Part shown: positions 1 through 9,057 of the stretch, in pieces
Layout: every line of letters starts with the position of its first letter
Numbering within the stretch: the first letter of the stretch is position 1
Assembly (NCBI GenBank): GCA_038065655.1
Contig: JBBTQO010000015.1
Location: 1 to 48,010, forward strand
Length of the DNA stretch: 48,010 nt
Source of the DNA: Patescibacteria group bacterium
Lineage (GTDB): Bacteria; Patescibacteriota; Minisyncoccia; Phycocordibacterales; WO2-35-19
Reading direction: 5' to 3'
Notes under the pieces: model-generated
What the model saw: the letters and a program-made list of their open reading frames with translations, nothing else
What the model was told of the DNA's origin: nothing
The model's database searches: none
Translations under genes and position numbers: made by a program

Positions 1-2
1 AA

Positions 3-524
3 GAAAAAACCAAAGAAGTTTTTAAGGAACTCAAAGAAAAATTGGGACTTAAAAATATTATGCAGGCGCCAAAAATTTTGAAAGTGGTAGTCAATTCGGG
101 CGTTGGCTCTTTAAGTGATAAGAAAAAAATAGATATTGTAATTGATCGATTAGCTAAAATTACCGGCCAAAAGCCAATCAAAAGGGGCGCTAAAAAATCA
201 GTGGCTTCATTTAAATCTAGAGAGGGAGATATCGTCGGGGTGCAAATCACTTTGCGAGGCGAAAAGATGTGGAGTTTTTTGGATAGACTCTTAAATGTTG
301 CTCTACCAAGAACCAAAGACTTCAGAGGTATTTCTATAAATGCAATTGACGAGATGGGCAACTACACTCTTTCAATAAAAGAACACACTGTATTTTCCGA
401 AACTGCCGATGAAGATTTGAAAGATGTTTTTGGTTTTTCCGCCACTATTGTCACTTCCCTCAAATCCAAATCCGACACTTTGGAATTTTTCAAAGCTCTC
501 GGCTTTCCGTTCAAGAAGAAGTAA
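3..524 (+). CDS. rplE: 50S ribosomal protein L5 (5'-truncated by window edge)
   Basis: L5 motifs PKILKVVVNSGVG, ITGQKP, AKKSVASFK, VTLRG-like ITLRG, ALPRTKDFRG, GNYTL; frame is open back to base 3. Confidence 0.97.
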   Translation, partial: EKTKEVFKELKEKLGLKNIMQAPKILKVVVNSGVGSLSDKKKIDIVIDRLAKITGQKPIKRGAKKSVASFKSREGDIVGVQITLRGEKMWSFLDRLLNVALPRTKDFRGISINAIDEMGNYTLSIKEHTVFSETADEDLKDVFGFSATIVTSLKSKSDTLEFFKALGFPFKKK

Positions 525-561
525 TTGTTGCAAAAATTTTAGATTTGCTATAATGGGGCGT

Positions 562-807
562 ATGAAAATAAAAAAAGAGAGCACTGATGAAAAGATTGAT
601 AATTTGGCAATAATGGTTGCCAAAGGTTTTGATGATGTGCACAAAGAAATTAAACAACTAAAAGGAGGTTTTAATGGACTAAGGGAAAATTTTGATGGGC
701 TGAGAGAGGACGTAAATAGATCGCTTGAAAATCATGTTAGAAATGTAAGAACAGATTATGATAGTCTCACCGGTAGAGTTAAACAACTGGAAATAGCGCA
801 AAAATAA
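562..807 (+). CDS. small coiled-coil hypothetical protein
   Basis: MKIKKES..IDNLAIMVAKGFDDV..; extended -10 TGCTATAAT at 546-554 sits just before ATG562, so the ORF-track start at 424 (overlapping rplE) is unlikely. Confidence 0.7.
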   Translation: MKIKKESTDEKIDNLAIMVAKGFDDVHKEIKQLKGGFNGLRENFDGLREDVNRSLENHVRNVRTDYDSLTGRVKQLEIAQK

Positions 808-898
808 TAAAAGAAATTATAATTCTATCAATCAGAAATTGGATAAAGCACTTGCGCGCAGAGTTTCAGTTATTGAAAGAAAAGTAATGTATTAATAC

Positions 899-1414
899 AT
901 GAAAACAATTATCTACATGGGCATATCTGTTAATGGTTATATTGCCAAAGAAAATGGTAGTTCGGAGTTTACTTCACAGGAGGATCTTCAGGGATTTTAT
1001 GAACATTCTAAATTAGCAGGAAATATAATAATGGGAAAGAACACATATATTGAAGCTTACAAATACGGGTACTTCCCATTTCCTGAGGCTTTAAACATAG
1101 TAGTATCCAATCAAGATATGGAAAATAAATGGGGGAATAATGTTCTGATTACGAAAGAATCACCCAAAAACATCTTAAATACTTTAGAAGCAAAAAATTT
1201 TAAGATAGCATTTTTGGCTGGTGGGGGCCAATTAAACAGTTCTTTTTTAAAAGAAAATCTTGTAGATGAAATCTATCTGGATGTTGAGCCGCTAGTATTT
1301 GGCAAAGGAATAAAAGTTTTTGCAGACAACGATTTTGAGTATAATTTGGAACTTATGGAGGTTAAAAATCTCAATAAAAATACTGTGCAGTTGCATTATA
1401 AGGTTTTAAAATAG
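899..1414 (+). CDS. dihydrofolate reductase-like / RibD C-terminal domain protein
   Basis: MGISVNGYIA, IIMGKNTY, FLAGGGQLNSSFLKENLVDEIYLDVEPLVFGKG. Confidence 0.9.
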   Translation: MKTIIYMGISVNGYIAKENGSSEFTSQEDLQGFYEHSKLAGNIIMGKNTYIEAYKYGYFPFPEALNIVVSNQDMENKWGNNVLITKESPKNILNTLEAKNFKIAFLAGGGQLNSSFLKENLVDEIYLDVEPLVFGKGIKVFADNDFEYNLELMEVKNLNKNTVQLHYKVLK

Positions 1415-1472
1415 ATTTCAACATAAATAGAAACAAAGATGACCATTGTATCAGAGACAAGTGTGGTGTAAT

Positions 1473-2171
1473 TTAATGCGCTATAAAAAGGCCGATGACG
1501 CGTTTGGCGTCGGAGGCGAGGAGGGCGCGGCGAGCTTCGGCGAGAGAAGCGCCGGTGGTATAGACATCATCTAAAACTATAACTACGCGATTTTTTATTT
1601 TTGTTTCTTTACTCAAAGTCAGACTTTGGGCTGAATCAGAAATAGCCATACTATTTTCAACATTTTTTATTCTTTTTTCTCGGCTCAATTTTGTTTGTCT
1701 TTCTGTCTCTCTTATCTTTTTTAAAGTATTGTAAGAAACCTCTATATTATTCTCTCCAATTTTTTTTATTTCTCTTACCAATTCTTCGCATTGATTAAAG
1801 CCTCGACTTCTCTTTTCTTTTTTACTCATTGGCATTGGTACTAAAAGTGGTGGCGCTCCTTCAAAAAGGGCAATTTCTGAAGCAATATCTAATAATTCTT
1901 CGTAAAGGTATTCAGCAACGCGTTTTCTTAAACTGGCATTGTTTTTATATTTTATTGATTTAACGATTAGTCGGACAATTTTGTTTTGATAATCAAAAAG
2001 AACAAAAATGTCTTTAGAATAAACTGGGGATTTGGGTAAAAGGTCTCGCATCAATCCTACCGGAAGGTTGTTTAGGAGTTTTTTGATTTTAAAATCCTCC
2101 GGGGCTAAAACATCTTCAATAAAAGAAACACCCTTTTCCACCCATTTTTTAAATGACTTCAATATAGACAT
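1473..2171 (-). CDS. comF: ComF-family competence phosphoribosyltransferase-like protein
   Basis: VPMPMS..RSRGFNQCEEL, RQTKLSR..R..N, VIVLDDVYTTGASL; start taken at MSILK (2171) to avoid overlap with pilM. Confidence 0.9.
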   Translation of the reverse strand: MSILKSFKKWVEKGVSFIEDVLAPEDFKIKKLLNNLPVGLMRDLLPKSPVYSKDIFVLFDYQNKIVRLIVKSIKYKNNASLRKRVAEYLYEELLDIASEIALFEGAPPLLVPMPMSKKEKRSRGFNQCEELVREIKKIGENNIEVSYNTLKKIRETERQTKLSREKRIKNVENSMAISDSAQSLTLSKETKIKNRVVIVLDDVYTTGASLAEARRALLASDAKRVIGLFIAH

Positions 2172-2190
2172 TGTGTTATAATAATACATT

Positions 2191-3294
2191 ATGAGTTTCA
2201 TTTCCGATATTTTCAAAAAGAAGAGCACTAGTGTTCTAGGGATTGATATTGGTTCTTCTTCTATAAAGGTAGTGCAACTTAAAAAGAAAGGGGATAAGGC
2301 GATTTTGGAAACATACGGAGAATTATCTTTGGGGCCCTATGCTGATGTTTCTGTCGGCCAATCTACTAACTTGCCAACAAGCAAGATTATTCAGGCAGTA
2401 AATGATTTACTAGCTGAAAAAGAAGTAGCGATTACCACCAGAATTTGCGGTTTGGCTATTCCCTTTAAGGCATCATTACTTTCTATTATAGAAATGCCAA
2501 AAACCGGGGAGAGAGAATTGGCTGGGATGATCAATATAGAAGCCCGGAAATATATACCAGTATCAATTTCTGAAGTTACCATTGATTGGTCAATTATTCC
2601 AAAATCAGAAATTGAAGAAGATATTCCAGAATCAAAAAGTAACAAAATTAAAATGGTTGATATCCTTTTAGTGGCTATTCATAATAATATAATTAATCAA
2701 TATAAAGAAATAGTTTCTAAAACTGGACTTGACGCGAAATTTTTTGAAATAGAAGTCTTTAGCTCTATGAGAGCAGTATTGGAAGGGGTGCAAGGGCCCC
2801 TTATGATTTTTGATATGGGGGCATCAACTACTAAGCTTTATATCGTAGAACGAGGTTTGGTGCATAATTCACATACCATAAATGGCGGTTCTCAAGATAT
2901 TACAGCCAATATTGCCAGAATTTTAAACATTTCTATAGAAGAAGCGGAGGTTATCAAAAGATCTGTTGGTGCCGGTAAGACAATAGACGGTGTTGATTTA
3001 TCAGAAGCGGTTTCGGTCATCTCTGAGCGCATTTTTTCTGAAGCCAATAGATTTTTGTTTGATTTTCAAAAAAAGAGAAATCAAAACATAAAATCTGTAT
3101 TTCTTACTGGTGGCGGCTCGGCTCTCAAAGGTTTTAGAGACTTAGCCGCTCAAAATTTTAAAGTAGAAGTGGTTTCCGGCAATCCCTTTGAAAAAGTAGA
3201 AGTACCAGCTTTCTTGGAAGAAATCCTCAAAGTGACTGGTCCCGAATTTACTGTTGCCACCGGTGCCGCCCTCCGTTGCTTGCAGGAGATCTAA
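2191..3294 (+). CDS. pilM: type IV pilus assembly protein PilM
   Basis: Actin-like motifs LGIDIGSSSIKVV, FDMGASTT, FLTGGGS; first gene of the pil locus. Confidence 0.95.
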   Translation: MSFISDIFKKKSTSVLGIDIGSSSIKVVQLKKKGDKAILETYGELSLGPYADVSVGQSTNLPTSKIIQAVNDLLAEKEVAITTRICGLAIPFKASLLSIIEMPKTGERELAGMINIEARKYIPVSISEVTIDWSIIPKSEIEEDIPESKSNKIKMVDILLVAIHNNIINQYKEIVSKTGLDAKFFEIEVFSSMRAVLEGVQGPLMIFDMGASTTKLYIVERGLVHNSHTINGGSQDITANIARILNISIEEAEVIKRSVGAGKTIDGVDLSEAVSVISERIFSEANRFLFDFQKKRNQNIKSVFLTGGGSALKGFRDLAAQNFKVEVVSGNPFEKVEVPAFLEEILKVTGPEFTVATGAALRCLQEI

Positions 3295-3349
3295 CGACCC
3301 CACCCCGTTTTCCTTGCGGAAAACTCCCCTCACCTTGCGAAGGTGTGGG
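3295..3349 (+). repeat. ~55-bp two-hairpin REP-like element, copy 1
   Basis: CGACCCCACCCCGTTTTCCTTGCGGAAAACTCCCCTCACCTTGCGAAGGTGTGGG; near-identical inverted copy at 31931-31986. Confidence 0.85.
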
Positions 3350-3405
3350 GAGAGATAAATTTGACTTAATTTAGTAGCTAATTATACTGAGGATAGGAGG
3401 CCATC

Positions 3406-3636
3406 ATGAGTGAAGGCAATAGCTATGGAGTTAAGAGGTCTGCTCTTGAAGAGCTGAAACTTCGGGGCGAAAAAGAGAGATCTGAAACTGAGAAAGCACT
3501 AGCTGATGTGATGCAATTTTTGTCACATGACACATCACCCACAAGACTTCAATTGGCGTTGGCTCTTCGTCAGCGAGCGGAGGTGATTGAAGCTGAAGCG
3601 GGGTTGGACAGATTTGTGTGTGACTACGGCGGATAA
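3406..3636 (+). CDS. hypothetical protein (stand-alone cassette)
   Basis: Preceded by TTGACT..TATACT and an AGGAGG RBS; followed by a terminator. Confidence 0.65.
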   Translation: MSEGNSYGVKRSALEELKLRGEKERSETEKALADVMQFLSHDTSPTRLQLALALRQRAEVIEAEAGLDRFVCDYGG

Positions 3637-3648
3637 CAATAAGACTTA

Positions 3649-3681
3649 GCGGCCCAAAAATGCGTTTGGGCCGCATTTTTT
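3649..3681 (+). terminator. intrinsic terminator
   Basis: GCGGCCCAAA/TTTGGGCCGC stem followed by a T-run. Confidence 0.8.
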
Positions 3682-3730
3682 ACATTAATGTTTTAAATAT
3701 TATAAATAAAAAGTAATCAACAGTGACTAA

Positions 3731-3764
3731 TTGACAAAGTGGCTACTTTGGCTATAATGGCTAT
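3731..3764 (+). promoter_or_regulatory. sigma70 promoter of the TA operon with three TGGCTA direct repeats (putative operator)
   Basis: TTGACA 3731-3736, TATAAT 3753-3758; TGGCTA at 9-bp period overlaps the promoter. Confidence 0.75.
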
Positions 3765-3765
3765 T

Positions 3766-4020
3766 ATGACTCAAATCACTTTTACAGCTAAAGAAGCAAA
3801 AAATAATTTTGGCAGGCTTTTAGACGAAGCTCGTCGCTCGCCTGTGGCTATAAATAAAAATGGCAGAAAAGTAGCTTTTGTGGTTTCTTATGAGGATTAT
3901 TCTCATTTTGAAGATGTTGTAGATGCTTATTGGGGTAGAAAAGCTATGGCAGCAATTAAAGAAGGTACTATTGGTTTAACCAAAAGTAAAAAACTTCTTA
4001 ACTCTCTTTTGAATGCTTAA
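3766..4020 (+). CDS. Phd/YefM-family antitoxin
   Basis: TAKEAKNNFGRLLDEARRSPVAINKNGRKVAFVVS. Confidence 0.92.
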   Translation: MTQITFTAKEAKNNFGRLLDEARRSPVAINKNGRKVAFVVSYEDYSHFEDVVDAYWGRKAMAAIKEGTIGLTKSKKLLNSLLNA

Positions 4021-4288
4021 GATTGAATTTACAAAACAATCTGACAAATTTTTAAAAAAGCTTTTACCAAAGCACAAAAGGCAAGTTTCTAGAAAGATTC
4101 AAAATCTTTTGGAAAATCCTTTTCCTAATGATAGTAGATTACTTAAAGGGACCCCTGGATTTTATAGAGTTGATATAGGAGAATATAGGATTTGTTATGC
4201 TGTTTCTGCAGATGTTTTAATTATCGGTCTTGTTGGTAAAAGAAATGATGATGAAGTCTACAGAAAATTTAAAAGACTTTTGAACTAA
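4013..4288 (+). CDS. RelE/ParE-family toxin
   Basis: IEFTKQSDKFLKKL, LLENPFP, FYRVDIGEYRICY, VGKRNDDEVY; overlaps the antitoxin stop. Confidence 0.92.
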   Translation: MLKIEFTKQSDKFLKKLLPKHKRQVSRKIQNLLENPFPNDSRLLKGTPGFYRVDIGEYRICYAVSADVLIIGLVGKRNDDEVYRKFKRLLN

Positions 4289-4351
4289 AAAGTAATCAAC
4301 ATTATTTGTTTACACTTGCTTTCTTTTTTGGAGTATAATTACTTGTATATT

Positions 4352-4921
4352 ATGGCACCAAATTTTCAATCATCATTTATCCCAAAAGAGTCAGTAACCG
4401 AAGAAGTTTTTAAAAAGAAAAAGGCTGGGATGTTTGGTGTTTTAGTTGTTTCTTTATTTATTTTTTCTATCATTCTTTCAATAGGCATGTTTGTTTATAA
4501 GGGGATAATAAAAAGTGATATCCAAAACTTACAGAATCAGCTTGTAGAAGAAGAAAAAAATATAGACAAAGAGACTATCAGCGAAATATCTCAATTTAGT
4601 AAAAAACTGAGTATGGCCAAATCGATTGTTTTCAAACATAAAGTAGTTTCTAACTTCCTAAAAACTCTAGCTTCTTCAACTGTTAGTTCGGTTCGGTTTG
4701 TTGACTTCGGGTATGACAATATGAAAGAAAATGATTTAGCAATTACCTTAAAAGGCAAAGCAGTTGATTATGCCAGTATTGCATTGCAAGAGAATATTTT
4801 TTCTAAAGTTAATTATTTTAAATCAGTTACGTTTTCAAACTTATCTTTAGGAGAAGGGGGCTTGGTCTCTTTTGATTTAAAAATTTCTGTTGATCCTAAA
4901 ATTTCTGTTTATTTACCTTAA
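4352..4921 (+). CDS. pilN: PilN-like pilus alignment protein
   Basis: N-terminal FQSSFIPK, one TM helix, coiled coil, ferredoxin-like C-terminus; position in the locus. Confidence 0.75.
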   Translation: MAPNFQSSFIPKESVTEEVFKKKKAGMFGVLVVSLFIFSIILSIGMFVYKGIIKSDIQNLQNQLVEEEKNIDKETISEISQFSKKLSMAKSIVFKHKVVSNFLKTLASSTVSSVRFVDFGYDNMKENDLAITLKGKAVDYASIALQENIFSKVNYFKSVTFSNLSLGEGGLVSFDLKISVDPKISVYLP

Positions 4922-4937
4922 TTCATAATATTTTAAA

Positions 4938-5480
4938 ATGAGCAATACTACGATACTTTTTTATGTCATCCTCACCCTTTCCATCGGGTACGCTTTTATT
5001 TATCCAACAGCGGGAGATCTGAGCGCTTTAATGGATGAAAGGCAGAAACAGGAAAATTATTTAGAGATGATAAGTAAAATAGAAGTCAAGAAAAATGAAT
5101 TATTAACTGAATATAATAATATCTCTGTTGATGATAAAAAATATATAGGAACAATCCTACCTGATTCTTTTGATTTTGTAAGATTGATTTCTCAAATCGA
5201 TGCCGTTGGTTCTAAATATGGGTTGTCCATAGACAAAACTTCTTTCAAAGAAATCAACGCTTCTTCTGGAGACTCAATAAGTGAAGCCGGACCCCCAAAA
5301 ACTTATCAATCGGCAACCATCAGTTTTTCTTTTGATGCTTCCTACAGTCAATTTAATAGTTTTATGGACGATTTAGGAAAAAGTTTGCGGATTTTAGATA
5401 TAAAATCTATGAAATTAAGCGCAAAAGAAACTGGAGTTTATTCCTATGATGTTGAATTTGAAGTCTATTGGCTTAAATAA
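4938..5480 (+). CDS. pilO: PilO-like protein
   Basis: TM, coiled coil, ILPD, SYSQFNSFMDDLGKSLRILDI. Confidence 0.85.
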   Translation: MSNTTILFYVILTLSIGYAFIYPTAGDLSALMDERQKQENYLEMISKIEVKKNELLTEYNNISVDDKKYIGTILPDSFDFVRLISQIDAVGSKYGLSIDKTSFKEINASSGDSISEAGPPKTYQSATISFSFDASYSQFNSFMDDLGKSLRILDIKSMKLSAKETGVYSYDVEFEVYWLK

Positions 5481-5482
5481 CT

Positions 5483-5785
5483 ATGAAAAATTCAAAAAAC
5501 AAAAGAACAATGATTTTAGCGGCAATATTGGCAGGTCTTTTAGTGGTTGGCTATAAAATTATGTTTATGTCATCTAACGAAGATATTCTAATAGACCCTA
5601 CTGATTCTAGTTTAATGGTCGGCGAAAAAATATCTAAAATATTAGAAGAGGTCGAAAGTATAGATTTTGATACAAGCGTAACGGAAGACCCAAAATTTAA
5701 ATCTCTCAGAAGTATAGAGACTCCACTCATATCTTTACCAGTTGGTAAAATCAATCCGTTTTCTGCAAATTTTGGTTCAAATTAA
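5483..5785 (+). CDS. pilus-associated membrane protein (PilP-position)
   Basis: N-terminal TM and C-terminal GKINPF motif; lies between pilO and pilB. Confidence 0.6.
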   Translation: MKNSKNKRTMILAAILAGLLVVGYKIMFMSSNEDILIDPTDSSLMVGEKISKILEEVESIDFDTSVTEDPKFKSLRSIETPLISLPVGKINPFSANFGSN

Positions 5786-5796
5786 TATTTCAAATT

Positions 5797-7572
5797 ATGA
5801 GTATTTTGGATGTTCTTGTAAAACGAGGAGTTATTGAAGCCAAAGACATTTCTTCAATAAAAGAAAAAACTGAAACTTCTGGAAATGATATTGAAGAAAA
5901 TTTAGTATCTTTGGGTGTTAGTGAAGAAGATATTCTTGCCGCTAAGGCGGAATATTATGCTATGCCTGTAAAAAAGGTAGACACCTCTTTGATTACAAGT
6001 AGAATTATTGAGTATATCCCAGAGGAAGCAGCTGTTTATTATCAATTTGTTCCCATTGGAGAAACTAACGGAGTTTTAGAAGTTGGGGTGATAAATCCCG
6101 ATAATATTTCAGCTCGTGACGCTCTTAATTTTATATCGTCCAAGGTAAATTTGCCGTTTAAAACTTTTATTATATCCCAAAATGATTTTGATAAGGTTAT
6201 AAATTTATATAAAGGGCTTTCGGGTGAAGTGACCAAAGCTTTATCTGAGTTGGAGACCGAGTTTATTACTGAGTCTAAGGGAGATGAGGAAGATTCGGGA
6301 AAAAAACCCAAAAGAAGTTTAATAGAAAGTGATAGTGATAGTGATAGTGATAACGATCTAAGTAATCCAGAAAGCAAAGATGCCAAAATAATTGAGAATG
6401 CTCCAGTAACCAAAATTGTGGCTACTATTTTAAGATATGCCATTGATGGTCGGGCTTCTGACATACATATTGAACCGACCACTTCTAATGTTCGGATTCG
6501 TTTTCGCGTTGATGGCATTATGAATACAAGTATAGTTTTGCCTTCAAGAGTTCACAGCGCGGTGGTGGCTAGAATCAAGATTATGTCCAATATGAGACTC
6601 GATGAAAAAAGGAAACCTCAAGACGGCAGATTTTCTGCAAGATTAGACGACCGAAAAGTAGATTTTAGAGTTTCAACTTTTCCGACCTCTTTTGGAGAAA
6701 AAGTGGTTATTCGTATTTTAGACCAGGAAAAAGGTATTCGTCGGCTGAGTGAGCTTGGTTTGAGCAAGAAAAATTTGGAAAAAATAATGAATGCCATCAA
6801 CGCGCCCTATGGTCTTATTTTGATATCTGGGCCAACTGGTTCAGGTAAGTCTACTACTCTGTACGCCATGATGAATGAGGTTGATAAGGAACACAAAAAC
6901 GTTTTATCTTTGGAAGATCCTATTGAATATAATATGGAAGGCATGAGTCAGTCTCAGGTTATGCCAGAGATAGGTTATACATTCGCTTCTGGTCTTCGTA
7001 CTACTCTTCGACAAGACCCCGATATTATAATGGTGGGCGAGATAAGAGACAAAGAAACGGCACAGCTGGCTATCCAAGCGGCTCTTACCGGACACTTAGT
7101 CTTTTCCACTATTCACACCAATAACGCCATTGGGGTTATTCCGCGCTTGATTGATATGGGTATAGACCCGTATCTTATTGCTCCTACTCTGGTGTTAACT
7201 ATTGCTCAACGACTGGCTAGATCATTTTGTCCGGGAGCTGGCAAACCAGTTAAAGTTGATGCCGGTATAAAAGTTATGATAGAAAAACAATTTGCAGATT
7301 TGCCAGAAATTTATAAAGAAGAAATCACTTTCGGGAAAGAGGTTTATGAAATCTCACCTGCGCCTGATTGCCCAAGCGGTATTAAAGGCCGGGTGGCTGT
7401 TATGGAATTGTTTGAAGTAGATAAAGAAATGGAACAAATTATTTTAAAAAATCCAACCGAACAAGAAATCTGGAAACATGTCAGATCCAAAGGTATGTTA
7501 ACAATGAAAGACGATGCCATTATTAAAGCTTTTGACCGAGTTATTCCTTTTGAAGAAGTAAATATGTTGTAA
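5797..7572 (+). CDS. pilB: type IV pilus assembly ATPase PilB (GspE/PulE family)
   Basis: ASDIHIEP, PQDGRF, GPTGSGKSTT, LRQDPDIIMVGEIRD, TGHLVFSTIHTN. Confidence 0.96.
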   Translation: MSILDVLVKRGVIEAKDISSIKEKTETSGNDIEENLVSLGVSEEDILAAKAEYYAMPVKKVDTSLITSRIIEYIPEEAAVYYQFVPIGETNGVLEVGVINPDNISARDALNFISSKVNLPFKTFIISQNDFDKVINLYKGLSGEVTKALSELETEFITESKGDEEDSGKKPKRSLIESDSDSDSDNDLSNPESKDAKIIENAPVTKIVATILRYAIDGRASDIHIEPTTSNVRIRFRVDGIMNTSIVLPSRVHSAVVARIKIMSNMRLDEKRKPQDGRFSARLDDRKVDFRVSTFPTSFGEKVVIRILDQEKGIRRLSELGLSKKNLEKIMNAINAPYGLILISGPTGSGKSTTLYAMMNEVDKEHKNVLSLEDPIEYNMEGMSQSQVMPEIGYTFASGLRTTLRQDPDIIMVGEIRDKETAQLAIQAALTGHLVFSTIHTNNAIGVIPRLIDMGIDPYLIAPTLVLTIAQRLARSFCPGAGKPVKVDAGIKVMIEKQFADLPEIYKEEITFGKEVYEISPAPDCPSGIKGRVAVMELFEVDKEMEQIILKNPTEQEIWKHVRSKGMLTMKDDAIIKAFDRVIPFEEVNML

Positions 7573-7609
7573 AATAGTAAAGAGGGCTGTTTAAATGTAT
7601 AATATCAAT

Positions 7610-8002
7610 ATGGCAGAAGAAGGAAAAAATAAAATAATAATAGTGGATGACGACGATTTTTTAGTCAATATGTATGCTACTAAGTTTAATAGTAGCAATA
7701 TTTTGGTTGAGGCCTGTAAATCAGGAGAAGATTTTTTAGAAAAATTAAAAACAGCAACAGACATTGATTTAATTTTGTTGGATATTATAATGCCGGGTAT
7801 GAGTGGGATAGATATCTTAAACGAAATGCGTAATAATAAATTAGGAGAAAATATTCCAGTAATGATTCTAACTAACCAGAGTGATGAAAAAGATATAAAT
7901 GAAGCAAAAAAGCTCGGTGTTGCAGGTTATATAGTTAAATCGGCTGCTACTCCGTCTGAAGTGGTAAATGAAGTAATAAATATAATAAAAAAAAGTAAAT
8001 AA
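7610..8002 (+). CDS. single-domain response regulator (receiver)
   Basis: IIIVDDD, LLDIIMPGMSG, ILTN, YIVKS; TATAAT 7598-7603 favours ATG7610. Confidence 0.9.
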   Translation: MAEEGKNKIIIVDDDDFLVNMYATKFNSSNILVEACKSGEDFLEKLKTATDIDLILLDIIMPGMSGIDILNEMRNNKLGENIPVMILTNQSDEKDINEAKKLGVAGYIVKSAATPSEVVNEVINIIKKSK

Positions 8003-8003
8003 T

Positions 8004-9053
8004 ATGAATGATTTAGACACACTTATAGAGTTGATAATAAAAGAAGGCGCTTCAGATTTGCATATTTCTGAAGAAAGAAATCCCTATCTCCGAATTTCCG
8101 GCCAACTGGTACCTCTTACTAAATATCAGAAATTTACCAAGGTTATGATGGATAAAATTGTAAGTGAGACCTTGTCCGACTTGAAAAAAGAAACATTCAA
8201 AACTTCTCAAAGCGCTGATTTTGCTTACAGTCATAAAGGAGAGAGATTTAGGGCCCATGTTTTTTTGGATCAGCGAAAAATTTGTATGACCCTGCGTCAT
8301 ATTTCTAAAAAAATACCATCACTGGCCGAATTAAATTTGCCAGAAAGTTTGGAGTATTTTGCCAGATTGAAATCAGGTTTCTTTTTAGTTGTGGGTCCAA
8401 CCGGTCACGGCAAATCAACCACCTTGGCTTCTTTGGTGGAAAGTATAAATAATGAAAGATTAGAAAATATAATTACTATAGAAGATCCGATAGAATATTT
8501 ATTTACTGCTCAAAAATCTGTTATTCACCAAAGAGAAATCGGTATTGATACCCCAAATTTTGCCTCAGCCTTACATGATTCTTTTAGAGCTGATGTTAAT
8601 GTGATTATGGTTGGAGAAATGAGAGATCCAGATACCATATCTACCGCAGTCTCTGCTGCCGAAACTGGTCACTTAGTTTTTTCTACTTTACACACCAACA
8701 ATGCCGCTCAAACGGTTGATCGTATTATAGACTCTTTTAGTTCTAGTCAGCAAAATCAAATTCGTCTTCAATTGGCCGCTTCCTTATCAGGTATCTTTTC
8801 CCAAAGATTGGTTCCTAAAATATCAGGCGGTTTGGTTCCAGCGTATGAACTTTTGATAAACAATACAGCCGTTTCAAACCTCATCAGAGATAGACGTACT
8901 CATGAAATAAACACGGTAATTGAAACCGGATCTGGAGAGGGGATGATTGATTTCAACAGATGTCTAGCAGAAAAAGTAAACAAAGGAGAAATTAGTATTG
9001 AAAATGCTTATCTTTATTCCACTAATCCACGATCGCTAGAAAAATTGTTATAG
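8004..9053 (+). CDS. pilT: type IV pilus retraction ATPase PilT
   Basis: ASDLHI, GPTGHGKSTTLAS, TIEDPIEY, HQREIG, AETGHLVFSTLHTN, AVSNLIRD. Confidence 0.95.
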   Translation: MNDLDTLIELIIKEGASDLHISEERNPYLRISGQLVPLTKYQKFTKVMMDKIVSETLSDLKKETFKTSQSADFAYSHKGERFRAHVFLDQRKICMTLRHISKKIPSLAELNLPESLEYFARLKSGFFLVVGPTGHGKSTTLASLVESINNERLENIITIEDPIEYLFTAQKSVIHQREIGIDTPNFASALHDSFRADVNVIMVGEMRDPDTISTAVSAAETGHLVFSTLHTNNAAQTVDRIIDSFSSSQQNQIRLQLAASLSGIFSQRLVPKISGGLVPAYELLINNTAVSNLIRDRRTHEINTVIETGSGEGMIDFNRCLAEKVNKGEISIENAYLYSTNPRSLEKLL

Positions 9054-9057
9054 TATT

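Larger units (their letters stand above)
3707..4301. repeat. 16-bp direct repeats (TAAAAAGTAATCAACA) bounding the TA module
   Basis: Identical copies at 3707-3722 and 4286-4301. Confidence 0.85.
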
